A stretch of DNA of 63,891 nt, counting the filler, from Collodictyon triciliatum (Eukaryota), in assembly GCA_043381765.1 (NCBI GenBank). It is 5 parts of 5 records of this genome, joined end to end, with 100 filler letters (N's around TTAATTAATTAA, not from the genome) between each part and the next. Parts side by side here need not be neighbours in the genome. Positions count along the whole stretch, not along the records: positions 12,813 to 25,517 come from JBHJMP010002116.1; positions 25,618 to 38,315 come from JBHJMP010002117.1; 3 more parts are not named here. One strand, given 5' to 3'. A program made the position numbers and the translations under genes. This document shows, piece by piece, positions 12,961 to 25,990 of this stretch. Each line of letters opens with the position of its first letter. The stretch's first letter is position 1. The notes under the pieces were generated by a model. That model saw nothing but the letters and a program-made list of their open reading frames with translations, did not search any database and was not told the DNA's origin.

Positions 12961-15900
12961 CTTATTTAACTCCTCATTTTCTTCGATAAGTTCTTTAACG
13001 CGTTCCTGACTTCTAGAAGCCTCAATCTAAAGCATTATATATTTAGAGTTTGGTATTTACTTCTGAGAACTTTCGTGGTCTTCACGATTTTTCTTACTAT
13101 ATATAAACTATTACAAATTATCCGGTTAAATGAGCGCACAAGAAGAAATAAATATATATAAATGTAATTAGAAAGCACTTGATTACCTCAGTTTGCGATA
13201 ATTTTGATGTTAACTCTGAAACTACTTTTTCAGAATTAGAAAAGTCATGATTTAACTTTTCTTTTTCTAGTTTTAGATCATCTAGTTTTCTTTGATATTC
13301 AAGGACCTGCGCATTCCATTCCTTGGCCTATTCGGTTTTTTGGGTCAAAAAGTGTTCGGTGTATGTATCGGGTTTCTAAAGCACATATCTTTCTCGTTAA
13401 TAATTTTAGGGTTCTGCTGAAATTTATGATACCTCCTCCATATGTTTATTTTGTAAATGCGATGACAATTCTCGAGCCTTTTCAACGTTAAACTCGAGCT
13501 AATGTGATTTTTTTTAAATTAGCAAATANNNNNNNNNNNNNNNNNNNNNNNNNNNNNNNNNNNNNNNNNNNNNNNNNNNNNNNNNNNNNNNNNNNNNNAA
13601 AACAAAAAAAACCAATTTGCAAATTTTGGTCCGTTTAATATATTCTGTGAATGAAGTGCATAATCGCTACCATAAATTAATCCTCATCCTCTTCTTAATT
13701 AATAGATATAGTATTCTATCCCTTCGCACCCACCTCATTATTTTTCTCTGTCAATTTTTCGAGACTGTTATCCGATATTTGCAATTTCTAGAAATTTTCC
13801 ATAGACGATTGTCAGAGAATACTCCATTTATTTTATGGAATGCATGGTTCATGTCTATATCTTGATTGGAAGATCTCTACATATTTCTAGTTCAAATATT
13901 GAATAAGAAAGGAATATGATAAAAAAATGAATGGCTACCTTAGTAGCGTCGATCATTTTGGTTTCCAAATCCTTGTTGATGCTCTGAAGTTTTTCTATTT
14001 CTAAACCAGCCAGCTGAATCTTCAAAAAAGATTATACATTAGATTGAAATTAAAAGGTCTTCTATTATATTTCGGTTGTTAGGAAAATACTCTTTCTTTC
14101 AAGTTTGCAGAGTCAGACGCCACGAAGTTCAGCTTATCGATTGATGAACTCAAACTTTCTACTTCTAAACTGAGTCTCTCTATAATCTTTTCTTTTGATT
14201 CTACACTTTGCTTGCGCTCGTCATTTTCTCTGAGAATCAATTGTTTTGAGTTACATAAAAGATACATTAAAAATGGAAATATTTATGAATAAAAGATAAA
14301 GCCAACATCTTCACCATCCTGCACAAAATTGAAAGGAAGAATAAAAAAAAATGAATAAAAGATATAGATAAAGATAAAGATAAAGATAAAGATAAAGATA
14401 AAGATAAAGATAAAGATAAAGATAAAGATAAAGATAAAGATAAAGATAAAGATAAAGATAAAGATAAAGTAAAAGTAAAAAAAAAGAAGATAAAGATAAA
14501 GTGAAACATGAGGATATATGTTAACATTGACTCTACCTAGAAATTTGCTCTATTTTCGACAATCGTTGCGTATCTAGCAATTTTAGCTGATCTTTCTCTT
14601 GTATATGACGACTTATTTGTGCCTTCAAATCAGCTATGACATCAGAATATGTATTCTTTTCATGCTCCATATTGAGCTCGAGTTCATTTACTTTCTTTCT
14701 CATAAATAGAATTTCTTGACTAGAACCAGAATTTCCATTTGCTTTCTCCATCAAGTCTTCAAAAATACCCTATTAATAATATAAACATATAAGGTGGACA
14801 AATAAATACTTTATTATTAATATATTGGGGTTTATATGGCAAGCAATACCGATTTCAAATATTGTCCTTCTTATTCAAAGCCACCAACTATTAACTTATA
14901 TTTTAATGAAATAAAACAAAGAAACAAAGAAACAAACAAAGAAACAAACAAAGAAACAAACAAAGAAACAAAGAAACAAAGAAACAAGGAAACAAAGAAA
15001 CAAACATGAATACCGTTGAGTTTATTTTATGTTGTTACCTCGCTAGCCCATACTTTAATGGACTTATCTCCGCTAGCGCTCCACATCTGCCAACCAATTT
15101 TCACTAGAGTTCTTATGTAAACAGAGTGCTCGTTTATTACGGCGATTGGTTGGGCCATCTTTAGAGCGTGATTGTGTGTTAGAAAAGTAATCGACCATGT
15201 AATGATTTCATGCTATATTAAATTAATACTATTCCCAAAATAAGGGAAACCCAACATAATGTTATCCCCTAGCAGCATTTAGTAATGAAAGTATGAATCT
15301 CACATCATGGGACCAAATGCACAGATTTTTGTCAGACGAGGCAGTCCATATATGTATCCCTGCAGTTGCGATGGAATTGATGCGCCCCTTGTGCCAGTTA
15401 GACGTTCTCAAGATGGAACGGGTCTGGAGAAATCGATAGCATGTGGCAATATCACTTAGAATATAGTTGGTGAAATCAAAGTTGAATCATAGTACACGAC
15501 TTTGTCCTTCTGAAATACAGGAAAAGAAAAATCTGAAGAGAAAACTGCAAAAACGTATATTCACCTTGACATCCCACATTCTAAGAAACCCGTCTTCTGA
15601 GCCACTCCATATTTCATTTTCTTTGACAGAGCACATACTTGTGACGCTGCTTTGGTGGCCTGTCATTCTGGCTTCACAATCATCAGCCTTAAGTGTAAAT
15701 AGAAAAAAAAAGTTTCTTTCTTTAATATTTTCATTCATGTCATAATCATAATCAGCTAGGTAGAAGTCACACTCCAATATGAAACTGATAGGATACACAC
15801 ATTTATTGCATGAAAGCGATTGAAGACCTGCTTATTCCAACATCGAATAATAAAGTCGTCTGCCCCAGACCATATCTTTCCATCTCCGATAATAGATAAA

Positions 15901-17723
15901 CATCGAACGGAATTTGTATGATCAAAACATGTTTTTTTCAGATCCATTGTCTAGTGGTTAGATTTTGCTGGGTTAGCAACTATTTTCAATCCTGTTTCTT
16001 AAATCATTGGAATGTTAGGCTATTTTTAAAAGCTGGCTGATAAAAACACGCACAAAATAATATAAATTGAATAGGGTCTAATAAATATTTCCCCCTCTCA
16101 TGCAATATACCGAGGCATCCCAGAGCTTCAGAGACCAATCAGCACCTCCCGTCCAGACTATATTTGACACGGGGTCGTATTCCATGCAGTAGACACCTCC
16201 TGGGTGGGCCTGAGTTTTTCGAAATATATCTTCTCCCTTGAATACAAAATTATATATGAGTGGATGAAAAGACATCTTCGAAGCATGATGCGCATTTCTG
16301 AGTGAATTTATCAAATAAATTAAATGCTGTTGACTGAATTACTTGTAAATCATATATACAAAGATCGCCGTCGCCGCACCCAGACCAGAGGAATTGGTTT
16401 TGTACAATAACCATGGTCCATATACAATCAGCACGTTTAGGGAGCTTTCTTATCCTCTGGCCAATCTAGAAGAAAAAAAATGAAACAATTGAAAAACAAA
16501 CAAACAGATTGTCATGGGAAATAAAATGAGAGATAATAAAGTTAATTTTACAATCACATTGATCACACCTTTGTATTCCATATGCTAATGGAGCCATCCC
16601 TCTCTGCGCAATATGCATCTTTGTTCCAGCTGGTAATACATCGGACATCCGATTTTATCGTTCGAATGCAATGGTCTAGATTAAATAAGCAAATGAACAA
16701 CCAATATCTAAGTAAGAAGAAAAACGACATCAACAACAATAACAACAATAACACCACCAATAATAATACCAATAATAATACCAATAATAATACCAATAAT
16801 AATACCAATAATAATACCAATAATAATACCAATAATAATACCAATAATAATACCNNNNNNNNNNNNNNNNNNNNNNNNNNNNNNNNNNNNNNNNNNNNNN
16901 NNNNNNNNNNNNNNNNNNNNNNNNNNNNNNNNNNNNNNNNNNNNNNNNNNNNNNNNNNNNNNNNNNNNNNNNNNNNNNNNNNNNNNNNNNNNNNNNNNNN
17001 NNNNNNNNNNNNNNNNNNNNNNNNNNNNNNNNNNNNNNNNNNNNNNNNNNNNNNNNNNNNNNNNNNNNNNNNNNNNNNNNNNNNNNNNNNNNNNNNNNNN
17101 NNNNNNNNNNNNNNNNNNNATAATAACAACAATAATAACAACAATAATAACAACAATAATAACAACAATAATAACAAAAATAATAACAACAATAATAACA
17201 AAAATAATAAGAACAATAATAAGAACAATAATAACAAAAATAATAACAACAATAATAACAACAATAATAACAACAATAATAACAACAATAATAACAACAA
17301 TAATAACAACAATAATAACAACAATAATAACAACAACAATAACAACAACAATAACAACAACAATAACAACACCAATACCAACAATAAAATCATTCTCGAG
17401 TTATAACGGGCAAATATTGAGAGGTAGAATATATAAAGCTCTATGAAAAATCGTCTTCGTTTTCCTCCTTGCACGCGAGCTTCCTTAGACTTCCCTCTCC
17501 CAGTAAATAGCATAGCAAGGGAATCCTCACCGGAAGCATTCATCGTTGTCGGCGCAGTGGGTGCCGCTGCGCAGGGATCGGCAGTGAGCGATGATATCCC
17601 CATGACTCCGGTCATCCGACCACCGCTCGTTCCAGTCGCGCCTGCCCCATGGTTTGTTTGCGCCGATCGCGAGGGCGGCGTGGGACTTGATTTGAGGCCG
17701 CGGACAACAGACAGAGAGTTCAT
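12961..17723 (-). CDS. WD40 beta-propeller protein with C-terminal coiled coil, 3'-truncated by scaffold end
   Basis: Seven successive exons each carry one WD-type repeat, e.g. AHPGGVYCMEYDPVSNIVWTGGADWSLKLWD, GHQSSVTSMCSVKENEIWSGSEDGFLRMWD, EHSVYIRTLVKIGWQMWSASGDKSIKVW. E/K/L-rich heptad exons follow (14770-12961). The low-complexity first exon from ATG 17723 is tentative. Confidence 0.82.
14363..14467. repeat. (GATAAA)n microsatellite, intronic
   Basis: Directly visible. Confidence 0.95.
16731..17385. repeat. AAT/AAC/ACC trinucleotide-derived repeats spanning an assembly gap, intronic
   Basis: Directly visible. Confidence 0.9.
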
Positions 17724-17932
17724 CTGCCGAGCGGGCCTTGGCAAGGTCGATCAGCGGAGGACTTTTTCCTTTCCTTCTTCTGAAAGGCTCTCCAGAGAAT
17801 CGTGCGCAGATACTGCGTGTTTGGGTGACTGCCTGTTATCCGCTTCTCTTTCACTCGGCGCTTGTCGGTTGCTCTCTGCTCACTTTTTGATGTTTATTAA
17901 TTCCCATCTTTTATTATTTATTTTCTTTCGTT

Positions 17933-20900
17933 TTATGAGGTGAATTTGAGGCGCTTTGTTTCTTTCACCTTGTACCTCGTCTGGCCAAAGAAGTTTGGAG
18001 CTATCGTCTGTAGATAAGAGCATTTACGTATTGGTGTACATGATTAAAGGACAAATATCGGCAAGGAGCAATGAGCTGGCAAATCTGAACACTTTTTTTC
18101 TTTGTTATGATTTCATCGCGGCATCAGCCATAAGCAAAGTTTGATATGGGATGAGTCCGTACCGATGCGAGATCGCGCTTTAGAAACTGTAGCGCAGCGA
18201 GATTCAGCCCTATGACATCCTACGTAATGCATGTAATGCATATAATGTATGCATGTATGTATGTATGTATGTATGTATGTATGTATGTATGTATGTATGT
18301 ATGTATGTATGTATGTATGTATGTATGTATGTATGTATGTATGTATATGATTATAGCATATTTTGCTTTTGTGTGTGGGAATGCCATCGGTAAGCGTCGC
18401 GCGCAGCATTACCTTATAGGCGCGTGATTGGGTGTGCACGTGGCTCCACAACGACGATACTTGAGGGTAGAGTCGGTCTGTGTGTATCACTTGGTTATAG
18501 TGCGACTTTGTCAAAAAAATGGCACACTTGGAGCATAGTTCAATTTGAGTTCCCTAAAAATGTTAGATTTTCATGATACAGTTTGTCAAGGATTTTGAAC
18601 ATCAAACAAGATGCTTTTTTAAATTTAATTTTTATTTATTCATATTTCTTTTTATTTTATTAAAAAAAAAAAAAGGGAAAAAAGCCCGACGTAAAGTTGA
18701 TAGTCAATTTTGTATTTGAGTTCCTGCAACAACTTTTACAGACTATAATATTATGACTCACTTGTTGAATAAATTTGTCGAGGTATGACAGAAGCTTAGC
18801 CATCATGTCAAACGATAGCGTGAGAAGAGCCTCTTCGATTTCGTGCGATGGTACTGCTTTGAGAACACCCAACAGATTCTAGGATGCGTAATCAGCCACG
18901 AATGTGACATAGATTGCGATGAGGTATGCGGATTTTTTGGTGTGCCAATAATTGTATTTATAAATACCTCAGCCCCAGTCTTCCCCATGAGTAAAATATT
19001 TGGAGTTGGTGCTACAGGTTTTGAGACTTGTGTTGGGTGGGCCATGTGGCTAACAAGAGTCTAAAATAAAGACAAAGATTAGAAGGACAAATGAAAATTT
19101 TTATTCAATGCTTTTCGGGCATATTTGTTTGGAAAAAAAAAACGCAAAACAACCTCATTAAATTCTGCTAGTGTTTTTGCCTCTTCTTCTGCCAGTTCAA
19201 TTGCCTCTGATATCCTCTCTCCAGCTTTTACTGTTTCTATCGTCTTCTTTCCAGCTGATGCGCTTTCCGCATCAGATTTCTACAGAAGGTAGTATACAAA
19301 AACGTATCAAATAGCCGGGTCAAAGAATAATTATGATTACAAATCCAGTTGATGAAATATTGTGTAACAAAGTCTCGAAAAAGAAGATATGAAGAAGGAA
19401 GGAATAGATGACAATATAAACAAATATATACCTTTTCGGCTCCTTCAGCAAGATTTTGCTCAAATAGCTTATCAAGCTCTGCATCTCTTTCTTCTTCCAA
19501 AAATAGCTTTCAAGGTAGAATATTTTGAGAAAAAGACAAATACATGAGAATTGAATAAATAAACAATTAAAAGTCACCCAGAATGGCTAGATAGCCTTGA
19601 AATGCATACCTGCTCATCGGTTTTCTTCCAAAATCTCAGAGACCTGTCATGAGAACCTACATGATGGTTGTTATTTTTTCTCAAAAAAATTATTCAAAGC
19701 ATCCGATATTTCAGGTGATTTGAAGGAAATAATGTGAAGATCAACGATTTAAGCCGATATTTACAGAGTGATATACATAAAAGGTCCGCTATAATTTTGG
19801 AAAGTACCAGTAACCACAAAATCGCCTCGTCTGCTCACAGACAAAGCCCAAATTTCAGCGTGATGGCCTTCAAGTGCCATAATTTGCTCAAACTAAAACG
19901 AGTCAAAATGATTTTTTCCGCCATTAAAATGAAAACCAGACATATATTTGCCGGAATGATGCACGCTTGATACAACTTAATTGAAAGATGAATATTATAT
20001 ATAAATAAATATAACTACCTTGTCCATGTCCCAGTACTTGAGTAGCTTGTCCTTTCCAACAGAGAAAAGATAATGGGTCTTTGGTAAAAATTTTACCTGC
20101 ATAACGCTGTCGTTGTGGGCAAATAATGATTTATGACAGTCTCCAAAATCAAGACCCTACATAAGAAGAGGAGAGGCAGATATGACTTTTATTTTCACTT
20201 GACACTTCTCTCCACAACATAATCCATAGTATGGTGCCAGGACCAGGTTGAAATCGTCAAAATAAAAAGCAAATCGAGAGATTAGAAATGACGAAGCAAT
20301 ATTGTAAAGTAGAAAATACCCAGATTTTGATGTTTTTATCAGCTGAGCCAGTGGCAATGAGAGTCGAGTCTGAAGATATATCCAAGGAGAGGACAGGGAG
20401 CTTTTTACAATTTATCATGTAAATAAGTGCTGCACTAATTTCAACTTAAATGTTTTTAATTCGAAAAAAATGGATAAGCTGATCCAATTATGGAAACATT
20501 TTCAATAAATCTGTCATGAGAAACCTTGTGTCCGTATAGAGATAGTGAGAAGCGAAGGGTATCCAAGAAAAATATCTTGACTGTGGTGTCCAATAGAGAA
20601 ACCGCAAAGTATTTTTGGTCAGGACTGTATCTAAATTGTTTTGTAATTTTTTTTAACAATATAACTCGTGGAAAAATAGAGGATGGTCAAAATTAAATGA
20701 ATTTACTCAAAACTATTACCCATTAATTCTACCATTTGTGATATTGTGAGTGATTACATATGCGAACAAATGCTATATGATAATATTTGTACATACTTCA
20801 CACAGAGGATATCGTCAGTCATTTGCAATGAACGCACATAACCAAGGGTTATGTTTTTGCCTCCGGTTTCTCCTTCTTTCAACTGAAAATCCCAAAATTT

Positions 20901-23900
20901 TACTTCTTTGTCTGCTCCACCTTGATGTTGATCGTGTTTGATGAGAATATAGCATACGCATCATATAAAAAGAAATTTCGAGCTCAGAAAAAAGAAAAAA
21001 AAGGGTATACATACAGCTATGCAACACATTCAAAAGACGATAAACACACATACAGACACAGATTTGGGATGTCATGATTTTAAATGACAGATACCGACCA
21101 GTCATGAGACCTTTCCCGGTTGGGTGGATGTCGAGCGACCATACAGCGTTCGAGTGAGCTTCGATTGAATCAATCATGGTCGATGATGCAATTTCGAAAA
21201 GTTCTAAATGTCCAGATTTTGTTCCAATGACAACCTTTTTTTATTTACAAATATCAAATATAAATAAGTGTTTGTAATTTTGGTTATTTGGTTAAAAAAT
21301 TGCTATTTGAGTTGGTGATATCAAAGTAACCATTAAAATAACACATCATTCTCTCATAAAAGAAAGGAATAAAACCGAGGGAAGTGTTTATGGTTGAAAG
21401 AGCGTTGGCAGAAATAAATAAATTACATGTCTGTCTCCAGGCAAGAATGATGCACATAATGGATATCCACACTCCATACTTCGCATGCATTGACGAGTAG
21501 ATATGTTCCAAATTTTCAACATGCCTTTACGATGATGGAGTTAGAGCCTGCCTTAAGAGGTTTCATAAGGGTGTTGTATTGCGTTGGATACTGATGATTA
21601 CCGTTCGAGGCAGACAGAGCCATGCTTCCGTCGCCACTGATAGAAACCACTCTTATATCTTGTCTGTGGCCTGCTGTATCGCTTGATGAGACTGTTTCAG
21701 GGGATAAGTTTGTTAGAAAATCATACCACACATGTTCAAAATTATTCATATAGCAAACAAATAATTTATAGAACGAGCCTACCCTTCGTGGCATCCAACT
21801 CATTTAAAGTGTAAACTTCAACAACATTGTTGAATAGCGAAAGCAGTATTTGTTGCTATTATTTGAAACATGACTTAAGGCGAAGCAGGTTACAAGGATA
21901 TTGGAATATGATGATTGAGCAATAAGCAACAATATTGAGGGCACATTTTGAACATACCTTTCCACCTTTCGGTATCCCTTTAAGAGGCAAAAAGTCAATC
22001 GAGCGCACTTTTCCACCTCCGTGAACAATAATTTTGGATTGGAACTCATCCGTTGTTTGGTATTGGCCAGCATTTTCCACTGCACATATTTTGGTAATTT
22101 TATAAGTTTTTTTGTAACAAAAAGATAAATAAATAACCGAATATCATATTCATTAATGGAACATAAAGGCTGCTCGGTTGAAAGTATACACTGCTCTTCG
22201 GTAACAACTTCCTCCTGATCATCATCCAGTTTGGTCTTGGAGCTTTTTTCTCTTAATCGTTTCACTCTTCGCTTGATTTTCTTTTGGATTTCTTGTGCAT
22301 CAGCGACATAATAAATTTGCACATTCCTGTCTGCTGGCTATTGAGATGGGTAAGGGTTATGAAAAACAGCCACCACTTTTCTACGAATATAAAAGTGAAA
22401 TCAGAGATTTTAATTCGTTCTCTAAAAGTCTCCTTTTATATAAAAGTAAATTTAGCCATTTCAGAACGTAAAAGATTTATCACAATTACTTGGCAAGCAA
22501 GATATTTTCCATCCTCGCTAAATCTCAAGCTAATTACTCTTTCCTTGCCATCCCGAGGGAGGGTCCCAAGAAGTTCTATTTCTTGAATCGCCGGCTTATC
22601 TTCCTGGTTAAGCACAATAGAAAAAACAAAAAGAAAAATATTCTCAGTAATATCATTAAAAGCACAGAAAAGTACTGCTTTAAAAATAAAACCCAAATGA
22701 ATTTTTTTTTTCCTGTTACCTCCACCTTCGCAGATTCAAATGGAGGTATATTCCAAACCCGAAGAATGCTATCAATTGACCCTGATATCATTTTCGTTTC
22801 ATCCTTGTTCACATCGAAACTCCAAACCTCTGAGCGATGTCCCACCAATGTTTGGATGCAATGCTGAGTATCCATATCCCAAAGCTATTTTCATACCAAA
22901 GTGACGACATAGATTGATTTTTGTAGAAAAGTAAAGATAATGAAATGAAAGTTTTTCAAGAAAAATAACCAATTTTAAACGATAAAATAATTTCATTGTA
23001 AACCTTAATGAACGTGTCTTTGGAGGAAGATAAAACTTTTCTTGAATTTTCCAATAAGCGAACATCAGTAATAACATCCTTGTGACCTCGAAGTCTGGAC
23101 ACAGTGAATCAGGAAAAAAAATATAGATTGCATTAATAAATGCCTTCTTATTTCCTCAAGTAAAAAAAGACCAACAGTTGATAGTTCAAACAAAAATATT
23201 TGAAGTGTATGTAAGATAAAAAAATACTTGAACATGCCAGTTTCGGATACGACATCCCAAACAATAACGTCAGTATCTCGCGAGCCGGAGACCAAAAGAC
23301 TTCCAGACGTGTTGAATCTAATACAAGTGACTGCATTTTTATGGCCACTGAGTTTAACCTTGAGCTGAGCCTGATCGAGGCTCCATATGCATATCGATCC
23401 GTCCTGATGCCTTTGCGTGTGGTAGGCAAATTCTCAATTGGGTGATATCAGAAGGATTTCGTGTGATAATACAAGAGAGAGAGGGAAAAAGGATACATAT
23501 ACTACAGCTACTGGAAAATTAACTCAATCCCTGTGCTCAATTAGAGTTATGGATGAAAGCTTTGAATTAAGTATTTCATAAAATTAAGCATGAATACTTA
23601 TGTATTTTAAACTAACCCTGAAGCTATTAGCTTGCCGTCGTGAGAACGGGCAATACTGGTCACTTCTGATTTCCCGGCATTCATTCTCTTGGTCTAGATG
23701 TATTGGCGAATCATTAGGGATCTAAAAATTGCAAGGTAGAACTTTGCAAGTAATATAGATAACTTGTCACAAAGCATAACAAAGAAGGACAAAAAAAAAT
23801 AAAAAAATAAAATAACAACGAAAAAGTAACAAAATGAAATAAAGTAAAACAAAGAGGAGAATCCTAAGTGCACAGTGAAAGTGAGTGATTCTCTTTCATT

Positions 23901-24092
23901 CCCGAAGTATGTGTCACACAAGTTACTTGAAATACTTACTGAAATGTTCCTGCGCAGATCCCAAAGGCATACGCTCTCCAACGAAGGGCAAATCGCCATT
24001 CTTCCATAAATATCAAAGACTGCATTGGAGCCAGAGCTGGCAACGACTCCCAGTGCCCCGTCAGGCTCGAAGCGAAGGTAACTCTTGACCAT
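17933..24092 (-). CDS. WDR3: WD repeat-containing protein 3 / U3 snoRNP-associated Utp12 (Dip2)
   Basis: N-terminus [19 protein letters not shown]. Internal [93 protein letters not shown]-terminal Utp12 domain EEALLTLSF...[13 protein letters not shown]. The predicted last exon ends TAA at 17933. Confidence 0.96.
18253..18345. repeat. (TATG)n microsatellite in WDR3 intron
   Basis: Directly visible. Confidence 0.95.
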
Positions 24093-24544
24093 AGCTCGAC
24101 ACAAGTGGTTGCGGCTAAAAGTCCAGCAGAACTAGCTTTCAGAAAACAATAATACCAAGCCGAGAATAGGCGCCTGGAGAACGAAGCAGGTGTGTTTCTA
24201 GCAAGCAGCAGGAGAAGGTGTTGCGGACAAGAAAACTTTGATCCTTCGCACAGAAACCACGTGCCGGGTATGAGTGCTTCTTGAAGCATTTGTATGGCTC
24301 GTATATCCACACTCCAACATCCTCATCTAGAGGCTGATTCGTGACCAACAGCAGAAGACTGCAGAATCTGGGCTGATTGTTCTATGGCCTGTGGGCTTCG
24401 GTGGCCATATGAATTCCGCAAATAGAAAAAGGGTGGAGTGAGTATGCACCAAGATACGCTTCTTTTTTTTTTTTTTTGTACTATGCCACCCCTGCGACAG
24501 GTTGCCAGTGGGTGAGTTGGGCATTTTTTTTTCTAATAATTCAA

Positions 24545-25517
24545 TATTACCAACAGCATTCATAAAATTGGCTAAGCGCCGTTTTCGGTCCACAATCGGA
24601 TAACAAATGGACAAGTCTGGTTGAGGACATCAAGTCGAAAATATCAATGTGGAGCAACTTTCATCTTTCGGACGTGGGGGAAGTAAGGTTGTGGAATCAA
24701 GTAATGCTCTCGACCCTTATCTACAACGTGAAAGGTACTTTGTTGAATCCCCAAAGGCTGAAGTAGCTGGAAGACATCTGTCGCGACTTCATCACTACGA
24801 ATAATCAAAAATATAAAATCAAGACGCTCTCTAAGCCGCCTACAGAGCGAGGGCTGGGACTCATAACGCCTGGCATTGCATGGACATCACTCACGATGAG
24901 ATGGTGGACAGATATGCTCACCCATCCGAAAGGATTCTGGCAGCGTGGAATGTGGCATCTCATCCATCGCATATGCCCGAGCTTCAAGGCACAACTCTGT
25001 GAGAGCAGAATCCCATCACCCCCGCCAAACACGCCCGAGCCGCTACTAGCGCGGTGGAAGATTCTGTATGAAAACTGTGAAATGAACGAGTCTACCCAAC
25101 TACATGCTGTTACAGGCCAGCTTTGCCGGGATAGAGCAAAAGGCTTCTGCATCATCAGGTCGAGAGAAGGAAACAGCTCCTTCATCCTGCAACAAGTCAC
25201 ATTCCAAAAGGATGAGAGCTTCGCACCGTCGAAAAATGCAACGATATTCCACTCCTTGAATGCAACCCCAACCACAGCCGTCCTGAACAACAAAGGAAAA
25301 TGGCGCTCTCGACGTCCCATCTCATACGACATCCCGTCGCCATTTTTCTTTCGCCTGAAGAACCAAGGGCGGTCCATTATACCTGACTCACCGCAATTAT
25401 CGATGGCCGTGGCATATTCCAAGCTGTTTCGATATAAAATCATCAGTCCGAATCCCTACAAACCGGAGAAGATGAGTCGTTGGGCCGAAACTATAGGCAT
25501 TATAGACCTGCCGATAG
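24545..25517 (+). mobile_element. Degenerate non-LTR retrotransposon (L1/Tx1-like) ORF2 fragment, post-RT region, cut by scaffold end
   Basis: Intronless frame from 24587: NKWTSLVEDIKSKISMWSNFHLSDVGEVRLWNQVMLSTLIY...LK*LEDICRDFI...TLSKPPTERGLGLITPGIAWTSLTMRWW...PKGFWQ. This fits the W..ki..W....LS..G.........Y / P...GGLG........L..kW signature following the L1-clade RT domain. In-frame TAG at 24764-24766. Confidence 0.8.
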
Positions 25518-25617
25518 NNNNNNNNNNNNNNNNNNNNNNNNNNNNNNNNNNNNNNNNNNNNTTAATTAATTAANNNNNNNNNNNNNNNNNNNNNNNNNNN
25601 NNNNNNNNNNNNNNNNN
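25518..25617. other. Artificial scaffold-joining spacer
   Basis: N44-TTAATTAATTAA-N44. Confidence 0.97.
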
Positions 25618-25990
25618 AAACAAAAAAACAAAAAAACAAAAAAACAAAAAAACAAAAAAACAAAAAAACAAAAAAACAAAAAAACAAAAAAACAAAAAAA
25701 CAAAAAAACAAAAAACCAAAACAAACAAAAAAAAGAACAGCAAGCGAGTCCATCAAGTAGGCAATCAAAAATGTCGATTGGCTTTGGTTTTTAGGTGGTG
25801 GAAAGACAAGGAGAAATCATTTGAACCAGATGAAGGGTTCCGCGTTATTCTTTCCCAAAGCTATGTTTTCTTACAGTCAAACGCGCGTAGAACATGAGTG
25901 TTTATACACATGTATAGCAAAATAACTCATATTTTCCCTAAATTATTGGATTGTGTTCAAAGAAATCTTCGTTCTATTTTTATTTATGTT

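Noticed and set aside
12300-13030. Fusion of the WD40/coiled-coil gene to the ankyrin gene (donor at 12960, acceptor near 12443, same strand)
   Set aside because: The two lie on different scaffolds separated by the artificial spacer.
24805-25443. 212-aa minus-strand ORF
   Set aside because: It is the antisense shadow of the plus-strand LINE fragment and has no recognisable motif.
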